Source: Sulfurihydrogenibium sp. (GTDB lineage Bacteria; Aquificota; Aquificia; Aquificales; Hydrogenothermaceae). From it: 23,384 bases of DNA. The notes under the pieces were generated by a model. It saw only the letters and a list, made by a program, of their open reading frames with translations. It was not told where the DNA came from and made no database searches. The position numbers and the translations under genes are program-made. Positions within the stretch are counted from its first letter, which is position 1; each line of letters starts with the position of its first letter. Shown here piece by piece: positions 1 to 10,402 of the stretch. The stretch is from assembly GCA_037442825.1 (NCBI GenBank), contig JBBIPN010000015.1, positions 1-23,384 on the forward strand, written 5' to 3'.

Positions 1-371
1 GCTGCCGGTAAAACTCTACATAAACCAACTTCTTTACCTTTTTCTATAACATACCTTACTATAGTAATATCATCTATAGCTGGAATAGTGTTTGGCATAC
101 ATACAACGGTAGTATAACCACCTGCTACAGCTGCTTTGCTACCGGATTCTATATCTTCTTTGTACGTTTGACCTGGATCTCTAAAATGAACATGTAAATC
201 TACAAATGAAGGACAGACAATTTTTTGTGAAGCATCTATTACCTCACATCCTGCAAATGGTACTATATCCTTTTCTACTTTTTTAATTAATCCTTTTTCT
301 ATTAAAATATCAAACTTTCCGTTTAAATTGCTTTCAGGGTCTACAACATAACCATTTTTAATCAGTATCAT
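1..371 (-). CDS. pyrC: Dihydroorotase (5' part; runs off the left edge; not in ORF track)
   Basis: Manual translation from ATG at 371 gives [27 protein letters not shown]...[46 protein letters not shown], with the amidohydrolase DxHxH metal motif and the MPNT motif. AGGAG RBS at 381-385. Confidence 0.93.
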   Translation of the reverse strand, partial: MILIKNGYVVDPESNLNGKFDILIEKGLIKKVEKDIVPFAGCEVIDASQKIVCPSFVDLHVHFRDPGQTYKEDIESGSKAAVAGGYTTVVCMPNTIPAIDDITIVRYVIEKGKEVGLCRVLPA

Positions 372-429
372 AAAACCTAACTCCTATGTTTTAAATATAA
401 AGTTAATATAATATATAGGATTTTGCAAA

Positions 430-1128
430 TTAGAATATAAGCTTCCCGAGACGAGAAACTCTAATACCAGGTTTTTTTAAATCAATTGAAAAATATGTTA
501 CAAAAGCTTGACCAACAACATAATCATCAGGTACAAATCCCCAAAATCTACTATCTTTTGAGTTGTCTCTATTGTCTCCCATAACAAAGTAGCTATTTGG
601 TGGCACCTCAATAGGTCCAAAATCTGCTCCTATTCCGTCTTCTATTTCCATAATATTATATGAGTATTCTTTTCCATCTCTTCTTATAGTTGTTTCTTTA
701 TACTTTATGACTTTTTCATTTTCTTCTTCATAATAGCCATCTGGAACTCTTTTTAAAGGTTTTCCATTTAGATAAACAATATCATCTTTTACTTCAACAA
801 TATCTCCAGGTAAAGCTATAACTCTTTTTATAAAATCTATAGAAGGGTCTTCTGGATATTTAAAAACTATCACATCTCCTCTATCTATCTTTGACAATCT
901 GTTGTTGTGATGATAAAAGGTTATATTGGTGAATGGTATGCCTATGTCCCAGTTTCCATATACAAGTTTGTTGACAAGTATAAAATCTCCAACTAAAAGG
1001 GTAGGTTTCATTGAACCAGAAGGGATATTAAACGCTTGAACTAAAAACACTCTAACAATTGATACAACAATAAATATAAAAATTAATGTTTCTATTATAT
1101 GTTTAATAGATTTCTTTTTATCTTCCAC
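430..1128 (-). CDS. lepB: Signal peptidase I
   Basis: N-terminal TM helix, catalytic Ser box PSGSMKPTL, Lys box FIKRVIALPGD, and GDNRDNSKDSRFWG. Confidence 0.96.
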   Translation of the reverse strand: MEDKKKSIKHIIETLIFIFIVVSIVRVFLVQAFNIPSGSMKPTLLVGDFILVNKLVYGNWDIGIPFTNITFYHHNNRLSKIDRGDVIVFKYPEDPSIDFIKRVIALPGDIVEVKDDIVYLNGKPLKRVPDGYYEEENEKVIKYKETTIRRDGKEYSYNIMEIEDGIGADFGPIEVPPNSYFVMGDNRDNSKDSRFWGFVPDDYVVGQAFVTYFSIDLKKPGIRVSRLGKLIF

Positions 1129-1132
1129 TCTT

Positions 1133-1675
1133 CTACTCCTTCCATAAACCTAGTCCTTTTTCTCTTGCTTCTTTAAAGCATTTTCTAAATTCTTCTTCGT
1201 ATTTTATATTTGGCTGAATTGTTAAAGGCATAGCATAACCATTACATATAATTTCTTTATTTAACATTCTCCCATCTTTTAAATAAACATAAGCTAAAAT
1301 TCTTCCATAACGATCTTTTGATTGAACATCAAACTCTAAGTAAACTTTATCACCAGGTTTTACTAAAGATTTGGTAAATTCTTTTGCTTTTTTACCAAGT
1401 TGTATAACTGTTTCTGCATCTCCAAGGTTTTTTTGCTTTTCTACCCTTTTATTCATTCTACTTTCAGGAGTATCTATACCTATTAGTCTAACGCGCTCTT
1501 TATTACTATTTAGTATTACTACTATAGTGTCTCCGTCAACAACATGAGCTAAAGTTGCTTCTTCTAGGTTTTTTAAATTTAAATCATTGTTTTCAACAGT
1601 ATCATTACTATCACTTTTACTACAACTAAAAATAAAAAGGATAAAAATTAATACTAAAATACTGTATCTACTCAT
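1133..1675 (-). CDS. Thermonuclease/SNase-family nuclease, predicted lipoprotein
   Basis: VVDGDTI, VRLIGIDTPE, DRYGRILAYVY and EAREKGLGLW motifs; hydrophobic leader ending in the lipobox-like IFS-C. Confidence 0.92.
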   Translation of the reverse strand: MSRYSILVLIFILFIFSCSKSDSNDTVENNDLNLKNLEEATLAHVVDGDTIVVILNSNKERVRLIGIDTPESRMNKRVEKQKNLGDAETVIQLGKKAKEFTKSLVKPGDKVYLEFDVQSKDRYGRILAYVYLKDGRMLNKEIICNGYAMPLTIQPNIKYEEEFRKCFKEAREKGLGLWKE

Positions 1676-1684
1676 TTTAATTTC

Positions 1685-4600
1685 CTAATTTTTACTAATT
1701 ATAGCTTCATCAGTATCTAAGGAAGGTTTTTTTGTTTCTAAAGGAACAACTTTTACAAAGTTATTAATTTCTTTTTCAAAATTATTTAGTATCTCTTCAG
1801 CTATTTTGCTATCTGTATATACTCTATGCTTTAAAAGTAGCTTGTTTATTGTATCTTTATCTTCTTCATCTAACTCGTCTAATTTTACATAAGATTTGTT
1901 TATTTTACTTTCAACAACACTGTTAGGGTCATATATGTAAGCAATACCACCAGTCATACCAGCTCCAAAGTTTATACCAATATTACCAAGTATTAAAACT
2001 GTTCCTTCTGTCATATATTCACATCCATGGTCTCCTACACCTTCAACTACCGCTGTTGCTCCACTATTTCTAACAGCAAATCTTTCTCCTAATATACCAG
2101 ATATAAACACTTGACCACCAGTTGCACCGTAAAGGATTGTATTTCCAGCAATTACGTTTTTATGGCTTTCACCTTTAAATTCTTTAGGTGGTTTTATTAT
2201 AATTGTTCCTCCAACCATACCTTTACCTACATAGTCATTAGCTTGACCTGTTAATGATAATACCATTCCAGGGACACAGAAGGCTCCAAAACTTTGTCCA
2301 GCTGTTCCTCTTAGGTTAAGTTCTATCTTTCCTTTTCTTAAACCTTTATCACCATATCTTTTAACGATTTCGTGAGCTATACGCGTACCAAAAGATCTGT
2401 AAACATTTCTTAATATGTAAAATCCTGAATAGTTTTCTTCTTTTTCTATAGCAGGTAGTATATCTTTTAGTATTTCTAAGTCATAAGGTTGTTTTGATTG
2501 TGGTATAGGATTTCCATCCTGTATACATTTGTTAGGTTTAGAGTTATCAAGTTTTTCTAAAACATAATCTAATTTTAGTTTTTTAGCTTTAAAGTGATCT
2601 TCAGGTATAACTAGTTTTAATAAATCAACTCTACCTATGATTTCATCTAAGCTTTTATAGCCCATATCTGCAAGATACTGTCTAACTTCTTGTGCTACAA
2701 ATTTTAAATAGTTAATTATGTCTTCTGGTTTTCCTGGGAATTTTTCCCTAAGTCTTTTATCTTGTGTTGTTATTCCTACTGGGCATGTGTTTAGATGGCA
2801 TTGTCTTGCCATAACACATCCTTCCGCTATCATTAAAGCTGTTCCAAAGCCAAACTCTTCTGCTCCAAGTAATGCACCTATGATTATGTCTCTACCGGTT
2901 TTTATACCACCGTCAACTCTTAATTTTACTCTTCCTCTTAGGTCATTATCTATCAATGCTCTATGAACTTCTGGTAAACCAAGTTCCCATATTGTTCCAG
3001 CATTTTTTATAGAAACTAATGGTGATGCTCCAGTTCCACCGTCATGTCCTGAAATATGGATAATATCTGCAAAAGCTTTTGCAACACCTGAAGCTACTAC
3101 ACCAATTCCACTTTCAGATACAAGTTTTACAATTATTTTTGCTTTTGGGTTAATCATCTTTAAATCGTATATAAGTTGAGCTAAATCTTCTATTGAGTAT
3201 ATATCGTGATGTGGTGGTGGTGATATAAGTGTAATACCTGGTTTTGCATGTCTTAAAAATGCTATATATGCATCTACTTTTTTACCTGGTAACTGTCCAC
3301 CTTCTCCTGGTTTTGCTCCTTGAGCTATCTTAATTTCTATCTCTTCTGCAGAGTTTAAATATTCTGGTGTTACACCAAATCTACCAGAAGCTACCTGTTT
3401 TATTTTACTGTTTTTTATTGTTCCATATCTTGCAGGGTCTTCTCCACCTTCACCAGAGTTTGATTTTCCACCAATTCTATTTATAGCTTCTGCTATTGTC
3501 TCATGAGCTTCTTTACTTAATGCACCTACAGACATACCTGCACCAACAAATCTTTTCATTATAGATTCAATAGGTTCTACTTCTTCAATAGGAATAGGTG
3601 CTCTATCTGAAGAGATCTCAAGTAAATCTCTAAGTTCTACTGGTTTTTCTAAATAAGCGTATTCTGTAAAAGCTTTGTATTCTTCAAGTTTCAACTGTCT
3701 TACTGCTCTGTGGAGTGATGTTAAAGCTTTTGGATTCCAAGAGTGAAACTCTCCACCTTCTCTTCTATGTCTATATTCACCACCAACAGGAAGTTCTTTT
3801 AATTCTCCAGAAAATGATTTGTTAAATCTTAAAAGGGTTTCTTTTGCAATTTCTATAAATCCTATACCATCCAATTTAGAAATAGTGCCAGGGAAACATT
3901 TATCTATTACTTCTTTAGATATTCCTAAAGCTTCAAATAATCCAGCAGCTCTATAACTTTTTATAGTAGATATGCCCATTTTAGACATTATTTTTAAAAG
4001 ACCTTCATTAACAGCTTTTCTGTAATTTTTAATAGCATCTTCAAAAGAGATATCAAATTTGCTATCTTCAGCGGTTAAGTTTTTGATTATCTGAACAGCC
4101 ATATAAGGATTTACAAGTGTAGCACCGTAACCTATCAAAAATGCTATACTATGTGTATCTCTAACCTCACCAGAATCTGCAATTATACTAAATTTACTTC
4201 TTTTTCCCTTTCTTGCCATATAAGTATTTACAGCACCAACAGCAAGACCCATAGGTATAGGTGCACCTTCTATAGATACATCCCTATCTGTTAGTATTAT
4301 TATCTCTTTTCCCTTATCAACTGCTTGTTCAACCCTTTCGCAAATCTCATCTAAAGCAGGTTCTAAAGCATTTTCATATGGTGGGAATATTGTTGGTATT
4401 ATTTCTATTTTATCTTTGTATGTGTTGATTAGTTCTTCCATTTCGTTGTCAAATATTATTGGTGATTCAAAAACGATCTGTTTTGCATGAAGTGGTGTTT
4501 CTTTCAGAAAGTTTTCTTTTTTACCTACGTATGTTTTTAATGACATAACTGCTTTTTCTCTTATCGGGTCTATAGGTGGGTTTGTAACTTGAGCAAATCT

Positions 4601-6088
4601 TTGTTTAAAGTATGATGACAGCATTTTTGGTCTTCTTGATAAAACAGATATAGGTGTATCATTACCCATTGAGTATGTTGGGTCTGCACCTTTTAATGCC
4701 ATTTCTTTAACAACCATATTTATATCATCTTTATCGTATCCAAATGTTATAAGTTCTTTTAAAACATCTTTTTCTTTTACTTCTGGTATATCTTTTGCTG
4801 AAACAAAAGGAATAATATTTTCTTCTACCCATTCTTTATACTTTTTATCTTTTATTAACATATCTATTATTTCTTCAGAAAAGTATATTTTGCCTGTTTC
4901 TAAATCGAGAGCTATCTTATCTCCAGGTCCTAATCTACCTTTTAGTTTTATTTCTTCTTCTGGAAACTCTACTACACCAACTTCAGATGCCATTAGTAAA
5001 GTGTCTTCAGTGATTATATACCTTGCAGGTCTAAGTCCATTTCTATCTAACTTTCCACCTATTATTTTTCCATCTGTAAATGCAATAGCAGCAGGCCCAT
5101 CCCAACTTTCAAATATACATGCAAAATATTCATAAAATGCTCTTTCTTCTGGAGTTAATCTTGTGTCATTTTCCCATGCTCTTGGAATAAGAATATTTAT
5201 AGCCGATAAAATATTTTTTCCAGAATGAACTAAAAACTCTACTACGTTATCCAGAGATGCAGAATCACTATCATCATCTTTTGTTATAGGTAAAATTATA
5301 TCTGCAGCGTCACCCCAAACTTCCCTAATATCTTCATATTTAGCTTTGAGCCAGTTTCTATTTGCTGATATTGTATTTATTTCACCGTTATGTGCAAGCA
5401 CTCTAAATGGATGAGCTAATCTCCAGTTTGGAAATGTATTTGTAGAGTATCTTTGATGGAAAATAGCAAATGCAGTTTCATAATCTTCATCTTGTAAGTC
5501 AATATAAAAATCTCTCAATTTTGGTGCTGTAACTAATGCTTTATAAACAATTGTCTTTGATGATAACGATGGTATATATAAATCTTTTGAGATTTTTTCG
5601 ATTTTCTTTCTTAGAATGAAAAGTTCTCTTTCAAAATTATCTACTTTGATATTTTCCTTTGATATAAACCCTTGAAAGATTGTTGGTTGGGTTCTTTTTG
5701 CTATTTCCCCTATCTCTCTTTCTTCTATAGGAACTTCTCTCCAACCTAAAAATTTAAATTTTTCATTTATAATATTCTCTATAACTGATTTTAACTCTTC
5801 TTCTTTTCCTTTTGGTAAGAAAAATACACCAATAGCAAAATCTTCTACTGATGGTATTTTTATATTTAATTTTGCCAACTCTTTTTCAAAAAATTTATAT
5901 GGAATCTGTGTTAGTATACCTGCACCATCTCCTGTTTTACCATCTGCACTTACTGCACCTCTATGGTCTAAGTTTGATAATGATTCAAGGGCATTATGTA
6001 GTATTTTGTGAGATTTAATGCCTTTTATATTTGCTAAAAAACCTACTCCACAAGCATCTCTTTCTAAAATTTCAGACAATTTTACCAC
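1685..6088 (-). CDS. gltB: Glutamate synthase large subunit (possibly ferredoxin-dependent)
   Basis: ERDACGVG Ntn-amidotransferase start, HQRYSTNTFP, SNSGEGGED, KIAQGAKPGEGGQLPG, the 3Fe-4S motif CVMARQCHLNTC and C-terminal GXGXG repeats; 1467 aa. Confidence 0.97.
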   Translation of the reverse strand: MVKLSEILERDACGVGFLANIKGIKSHKILHNALESLSNLDHRGAVSADGKTGDGAGILTQIPYKFFEKELAKLNIKIPSVEDFAIGVFFLPKGKEEELKSVIENIINEKFKFLGWREVPIEEREIGEIAKRTQPTIFQGFISKENIKVDNFERELFILRKKIEKISKDLYIPSLSSKTIVYKALVTAPKLRDFYIDLQDEDYETAFAIFHQRYSTNTFPNWRLAHPFRVLAHNGEINTISANRNWLKAKYEDIREVWGDAADIILPITKDDDSDSASLDNVVEFLVHSGKNILSAINILIPRAWENDTRLTPEERAFYEYFACIFESWDGPAAIAFTDGKIIGGKLDRNGLRPARYIITEDTLLMASEVGVVEFPEEEIKLKGRLGPGDKIALDLETGKIYFSEEIIDMLIKDKKYKEWVEENIIPFVSAKDIPEVKEKDVLKELITFGYDKDDINMVVKEMALKGADPTYSMGNDTPISVLSRRPKMLSSYFKQRFAQVTNPPIDPIREKAVMSLKTYVGKKENFLKETPLHAKQIVFESPIIFDNEMEELINTYKDKIEIIPTIFPPYENALEPALDEICERVEQAVDKGKEIIILTDRDVSIEGAPIPMGLAVGAVNTYMARKGKRSKFSIIADSGEVRDTHSIAFLIGYGATLVNPYMAVQIIKNLTAEDSKFDISFEDAIKNYRKAVNEGLLKIMSKMGISTIKSYRAAGLFEALGISKEVIDKCFPGTISKLDGIGFIEIAKETLLRFNKSFSGELKELPVGGEYRHRREGGEFHSWNPKALTSLHRAVRQLKLEEYKAFTEYAYLEKPVELRDLLEISSDRAPIPIEEVEPIESIMKRFVGAGMSVGALSKEAHETIAEAINRIGGKSNSGEGGEDPARYGTIKNSKIKQVASGRFGVTPEYLNSAEEIEIKIAQGAKPGEGGQLPGKKVDAYIAFLRHAKPGITLISPPPHHDIYSIEDLAQLIYDLKMINPKAKIIVKLVSESGIGVVASGVAKAFADIIHISGHDGGTGASPLVSIKNAGTIWELGLPEVHRALIDNDLRGRVKLRVDGGIKTGRDIIIGALLGAEEFGFGTALMIAEGCVMARQCHLNTCPVGITTQDKRLREKFPGKPEDIINYLKFVAQEVRQYLADMGYKSLDEIIGRVDLLKLVIPEDHFKAKKLKLDYVLEKLDNSKPNKCIQDGNPIPQSKQPYDLEILKDILPAIEKEENYSGFYILRNVYRSFGTRIAHEIVKRYGDKGLRKGKIELNLRGTAGQSFGAFCVPGMVLSLTGQANDYVGKGMVGGTIIIKPPKEFKGESHKNVIAGNTILYGATGGQVFISGILGERFAVRNSGATAVVEGVGDHGCEYMTEGTVLILGNIGINFGAGMTGGIAYIYDPNSVVESKINKSYVKLDELDEEDKDTINKLLLKHRVYTDSKIAEEILNNFEKEINNFVKVVPLETKKPSLDTDEAIISKN

Positions 6089-6130
6089 CTCACATTTTTT
6101 TGGTAAATAAATATTTTAATATATATTTGT

Positions 6131-8059
6131 CTATTTTGCTTGATTTATAAATTCTTCAATAGGTTTTGGTTTTGAAAAGTAGTAACCTTGACCATAATCT
6201 ATACCAATGTATCTTAAAACGTTTAATATATCTTCATTTTCTGCAAATTCTGCAATTGTTTTTATTTTCATATTTTTACAAAATTGAAGAATCAGTTTAA
6301 CTACTTCAAATGATACTTTATCTGTATTAATATTTTTTATTAAATTTGCATCTAATTTGAGATAATCTATGTTTAGTCTTAAAAGATAAACAAAGTTTGA
6401 ATAGCCAGAACCAAAATCATCTAAGCATATTTTATAACCTACTTTTTTTAACTGACCTATTACTTTTAAAATCTCTTCATAAGCTAAAAGGTCTTCAGTT
6501 TCTATAATTTCAAAAAATAAACGGGATACTATATCTTTGTTTTTTGCTATATCTACTAAATAATCTACGGTAGATCTATTTAAAATATCTGCAGGTTTTA
6601 AATTTATACTTACTTTTATATCTGAGTATTTTTTTAATATCTCTATATTATAATCAATTACAGCTTTTGTTAACTTTGTATAAACAAATGTATGTTCTAT
6701 AGCTGTTAGAAAACTATAAGGAGTAATTATATTACCATTTTTATCTTCCATTCTAACTAAAGCTTCATAGTGAGAAACTAAATTAGTTTTTAAATCAATT
6801 ATAGGTTGGTAATAACAAAATATTTTATTTTCATCAACTGCGTTTTTAACTTCCGTAATAGTTATAAGCGAATTTATATAATCTTTTTCTTCATCATAAA
6901 TTTCAATTCTATTTCTTCCTTTGCTTTTTGATTTGTAAAGGGCTATATCTGCTTTCTTAATAGCTGCATATAAACTTTTTTCTTTATCTGTATTTAAAAA
7001 AACACCTATAGATATTGTTACTTTTATATAATCTTTTTCTGTAATAAATATTTTTAAATTTTCTATATTTTCTCTTAATCTTTCAAAAACGTTAAGAATT
7101 ATTTCAATTTTATTTTTTCTTTCTTTTCTTACTAAAATTACAAATTCTTCTCCGCCATACCTTATTAATATATCTTCTTCCCTTAGATTTTTTTTAATGT
7201 TTTCAGCAACTGTTCTTAATACTATGTCTCCAATTGCATGTCCATATGTATCATTTACTTTTTTAAAAAAGTCTATATCTATAGCTGCAACGATATAATT
7301 TTTTAAATCTGTTAATTCTGATATATATTCAAGATAGTTTTTATTGTAAATATTAGTTAAGCTGTCAATAAAACTTTTTCTCTTATAATAGGAAGTTTTT
7401 ATTATAAAGAAAATAAGAGTGTTAAAAATAATTAATGTTAAAATGATAAAAAATATAGATACTTTTCTAATTACAGATAGAAAATCATTGATTTCTTTTA
7501 TTTTATTAAAATTATAATCTATAACGAGTAAGTAAGTTGTATTCTTTTTGTCCTTAAAAGGGTAGTAAAATGTAATCCCAACTGTATTGATAGAATTTAT
7601 AACTTTGTACTGTGGTTTTAAACTTAATATAGCTTTGCGTATGACTGGTAATTCTTCAGGTAAAAATTCAAATATGTCTAATGGGTTCATTCTATCTTCT
7701 TTCGAAGCATCTATTAAAATATAACTTTGATTGTTAATTAAAGCTACACTATAAACATAATTTGTATCTTTAGTATTTAATATTTCCAGCAAATCAACGC
7801 TGTATTTTATAAATTTTGTATCTTTTAGTTTTTCAGTAAGACTATCTTTACCTGCATATTTAACTATTTTATCTATTACATTTTCTGATATTTCCTTTTC
7901 TTTTCTAAGTTCATTTAAAATTAAATTGTCGAAAATCTTTTTTTCCCAAAGTGGAATTGAAATATATACTATTGAAAATATAAAAATAGCAAAGAATAAA
8001 AACAATAAAAACCAACTATGTTTTATAAACTCTTTTGCTATTATTTTAAAAAATGTCAT
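6131..8059 (-). CDS. Membrane-anchored GGDEF-EAL diguanylate cyclase/phosphodiesterase
   Basis: Two TM segments flank a periplasmic region; DIDFFKKVNDTYGH, I-site REED five residues before GGEEF, YEALVR, LDDFGSGYS and GQGYYFSKP. Confidence 0.93.
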   Translation of the reverse strand: MTFFKIIAKEFIKHSWFLLFLFFAIFIFSIVYISIPLWEKKIFDNLILNELRKEKEISENVIDKIVKYAGKDSLTEKLKDTKFIKYSVDLLEILNTKDTNYVYSVALINNQSYILIDASKEDRMNPLDIFEFLPEELPVIRKAILSLKPQYKVINSINTVGITFYYPFKDKKNTTYLLVIDYNFNKIKEINDFLSVIRKVSIFFIILTLIIFNTLIFFIIKTSYYKRKSFIDSLTNIYNKNYLEYISELTDLKNYIVAAIDIDFFKKVNDTYGHAIGDIVLRTVAENIKKNLREEDILIRYGGEEFVILVRKERKNKIEIILNVFERLRENIENLKIFITEKDYIKVTISIGVFLNTDKEKSLYAAIKKADIALYKSKSKGRNRIEIYDEEKDYINSLITITEVKNAVDENKIFCYYQPIIDLKTNLVSHYEALVRMEDKNGNIITPYSFLTAIEHTFVYTKLTKAVIDYNIEILKKYSDIKVSINLKPADILNRSTVDYLVDIAKNKDIVSRLFFEIIETEDLLAYEEILKVIGQLKKVGYKICLDDFGSGYSNFVYLLRLNIDYLKLDANLIKNINTDKVSFEVVKLILQFCKNMKIKTIAEFAENEDILNVLRYIGIDYGQGYYFSKPKPIEEFINQAK

Positions 8060-8538
8060 CTTATTTCAGCCAAATATATAGGAATCATCGAATTTAAATT
8101 TATAAGAGAGATCTTTTCTTCTTCTATAATAAATCTTTTATACTCTTTAGGCAGTTTGATATTGTAAATTTGCATTCTATCTTTTAGAAAGATGAGTTGA
8201 GGTCTTCCTTTTTTCCAGTAGAATGCACCTATAACATTTCTATAAGTTTTTATATTTTTTATATCATCAACATTTAAAAGAATAGCAGGTTTATTTTTAT
8301 ATATTGGATAGCTATCTTTTCCTATGATAATAAAGTCAGCATTGTAGCAATCTGTAACTATTATTTTTTCATCTGATAAACGTTCTACTTTATATCCAAT
8401 AGTACATACTTTAACAGTTTGATTTTGGGACATATCAATAAGTAGTTTTTTTATAATTTTTACTTCTATATACTCTGGAGATTGTTGGGCAAATACTATG
8501 ATAAATGTCACAAATAAAAGTAAATAAAATTTTTTCAT
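8056..8538 (-). CDS. Small exported protein, tentatively YfiR/HmsC-like periplasmic regulator
   Basis: Signal peptide MKKFYLLLFVTFIIVFA; SPEYIEVKII...VKVCTIG resembles the YfiR N-terminus; two Cys; 4-nt overlap with the GGDEF-EAL gene. The family call is inferred from pattern and context. Confidence 0.55.
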   Translation of the reverse strand: MKKFYLLLFVTFIIVFAQQSPEYIEVKIIKKLLIDMSQNQTVKVCTIGYKVERLSDEKIIVTDCYNADFIIIGKDSYPIYKNKPAILLNVDDIKNIKTYRNVIGAFYWKKGRPQLIFLKDRMQIYNIKLPKEYKRFIIEEEKISLINLNSMIPIYLAEIR

Positions 8539-8539
8539 C

Positions 8540-10400
8540 TTAAAATGCCTTCTCTATGGTAAATATAATCTTTCTATCGTAAGAGTTAAATATTCCAGTA
8601 TCACTTATTGGTGTTGATGTAAACACAGATTTTGGAGAACTATTAAGTAAGTTTTCTCCTTTTAATTTTATTGCTAAAAAGGGGCTATAATTATAAATAA
8701 TACCAGTATTTAAGTTATAAGAATTTTTAACTTCTTTATTCTCAAATGTAAAACCTTCTCTGTATATAAGCTCTCCAAATAAATCAAATTTATTTATACT
8801 TCCCGTATACCTTATATTCCATCCAAATGTTGGACCTATTTTTGCAACATTAGAGAAAGTTTTATAAATATCAAAATCTATATTATGAGAAGGATTTATA
8901 TTAAATTCATACTCAAAATCTAAAAGGTGAGTTTTTATTCTTTCAGGATAATTATAATATCCACTTCCTCCAAAAGTTATTATATCATCTGCAACTAAAT
9001 AATCATAATTCAACTTAAATTTATTTCTGTTTTTTTTATAATTAATATCCAACAAAAATCCTTAAAAATGATGGTGGAACATAACCCCTTGCCAAGAAAC
9101 TTTTAATGTATAAATTTTTTGTTATATATGAAACATAACCAAATCTTGCTATATAATCACCAAAATCTTTCAATCCTCCATCCCTTTTATAATAATCATA
9201 TTTTAAGCTCAAGATTAATAAATTTTTATCATCAATACTATATTGATTTTCTAAATATCCAGTGTAGATATCTGTACTTTTAAATACAAAAATACCGTTC
9301 ATGTTTCCTTCAGTAGCAATAGTTTTATATAAGCTGTTATCTAAATTATTTTCTTTCTTTTTATATGAAAAACCTAATGATAGTGTATTTTTTTCTGTTT
9401 TAAAGTCTTTTGAAAGGTAAAGAGTGTATTTATTTAAGGTTCTATTTTCATAGTAATAGATAGGTATATTAGGTGGCAAGTAGATTGGTGGAATAAAAAG
9501 TCCTCCGCCAACTAAATCATTTTCAAATTCTCCTTTTCTCTTGTTTATATCTAAGCTAACATTTAGTTTTAAAGATTTATCTTCCAAAAAATACTGAGTA
9601 GCGTTAATATAAAAGTCTTGAGATATAGTATTTGAAATTGATGGTTGTTTATCTAAAGATAAATTTATAAAAGTATCTCTCTTAACATGTGAAAAAGAAA
9701 AATCTAAAACTGTATCGTAATAGTTGTATTGAAAGAATCCATAAATTCTATCACTATCCCTTTCAAGTGGAGAGCTATTAAAATACTGAGTTTTAAAGTT
9801 GTTATAACTTTTAGCTATACTTAAAAAATAGGATTTATTATTATTTAATTTTTTACTTGTGTTGAAACTAAGGGAGTATTCTTGATTTGTAGATATACGA
9901 GAGCTTAAAACTGTTGCATTTTCTCTTTGTGGATCACTAGTATACATTTTTATAACTAAAAGAAATGGTTCGTTTCCTATTTTAACAGCACCACTAACAA
10001 AATAAATTTCTATATGGTCAATATTATTTAATGGATATTCATCGTATATTAAAAAAGGATTGTCAGTATTTATAGAACTTACTTCATGGTCATTAATAAA
10101 TAATTTATATGATGTGTTTAAACCTACTAGATTTCCAAAAGCTGTTAATTGAAAAACACCAAAACTATTAGGAACGAAAGTATAAAGTGGTAATGATTTC
10201 AATACATCAGAGAGTTTATAAGCTTGCATTATCTCTAAATCTCTTCTTGTAAAGATTTTATAACTTCCTAAACTTTCTATTTTGGTTTTATTAGAAAGGT
10301 CTGCCGCTTCTTCATATTCAGATAATAAGTTTAGTATACTGTCATCTGCAAAACTTATATTTATCCCTAACAATGTTGATAATAAAATCTTCTTTCTCAT
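8540..10400 (-). pseudogene. TonB-dependent outer-membrane receptor split by a frameshift (ORFs 9042..10400 and 8540..9055)
   Basis: Signal peptide, plug-like IFTRRDLE...LSDVLKSLP and IDHIEIY motifs, beta-strand pattern; the second ORF has GENLLN and a C-terminal Phe (RKIIFTIEKAF). The two ORFs overlap in different frames around 9042-9062. Confidence 0.8.
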
Positions 10401-10402
10401 AA

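Noticed and set aside
2718..5135. Plus-strand ORFs 2718..2966 and 4890..5135
   Set aside because: Antisense shadows inside gltB with no recognisable motifs.
9030..9037. A8 tract as a phase-variation switch for the TonB receptor
   Set aside because: It lies downstream of the first ORF's stop (9042), so changing its length cannot rejoin the frames.
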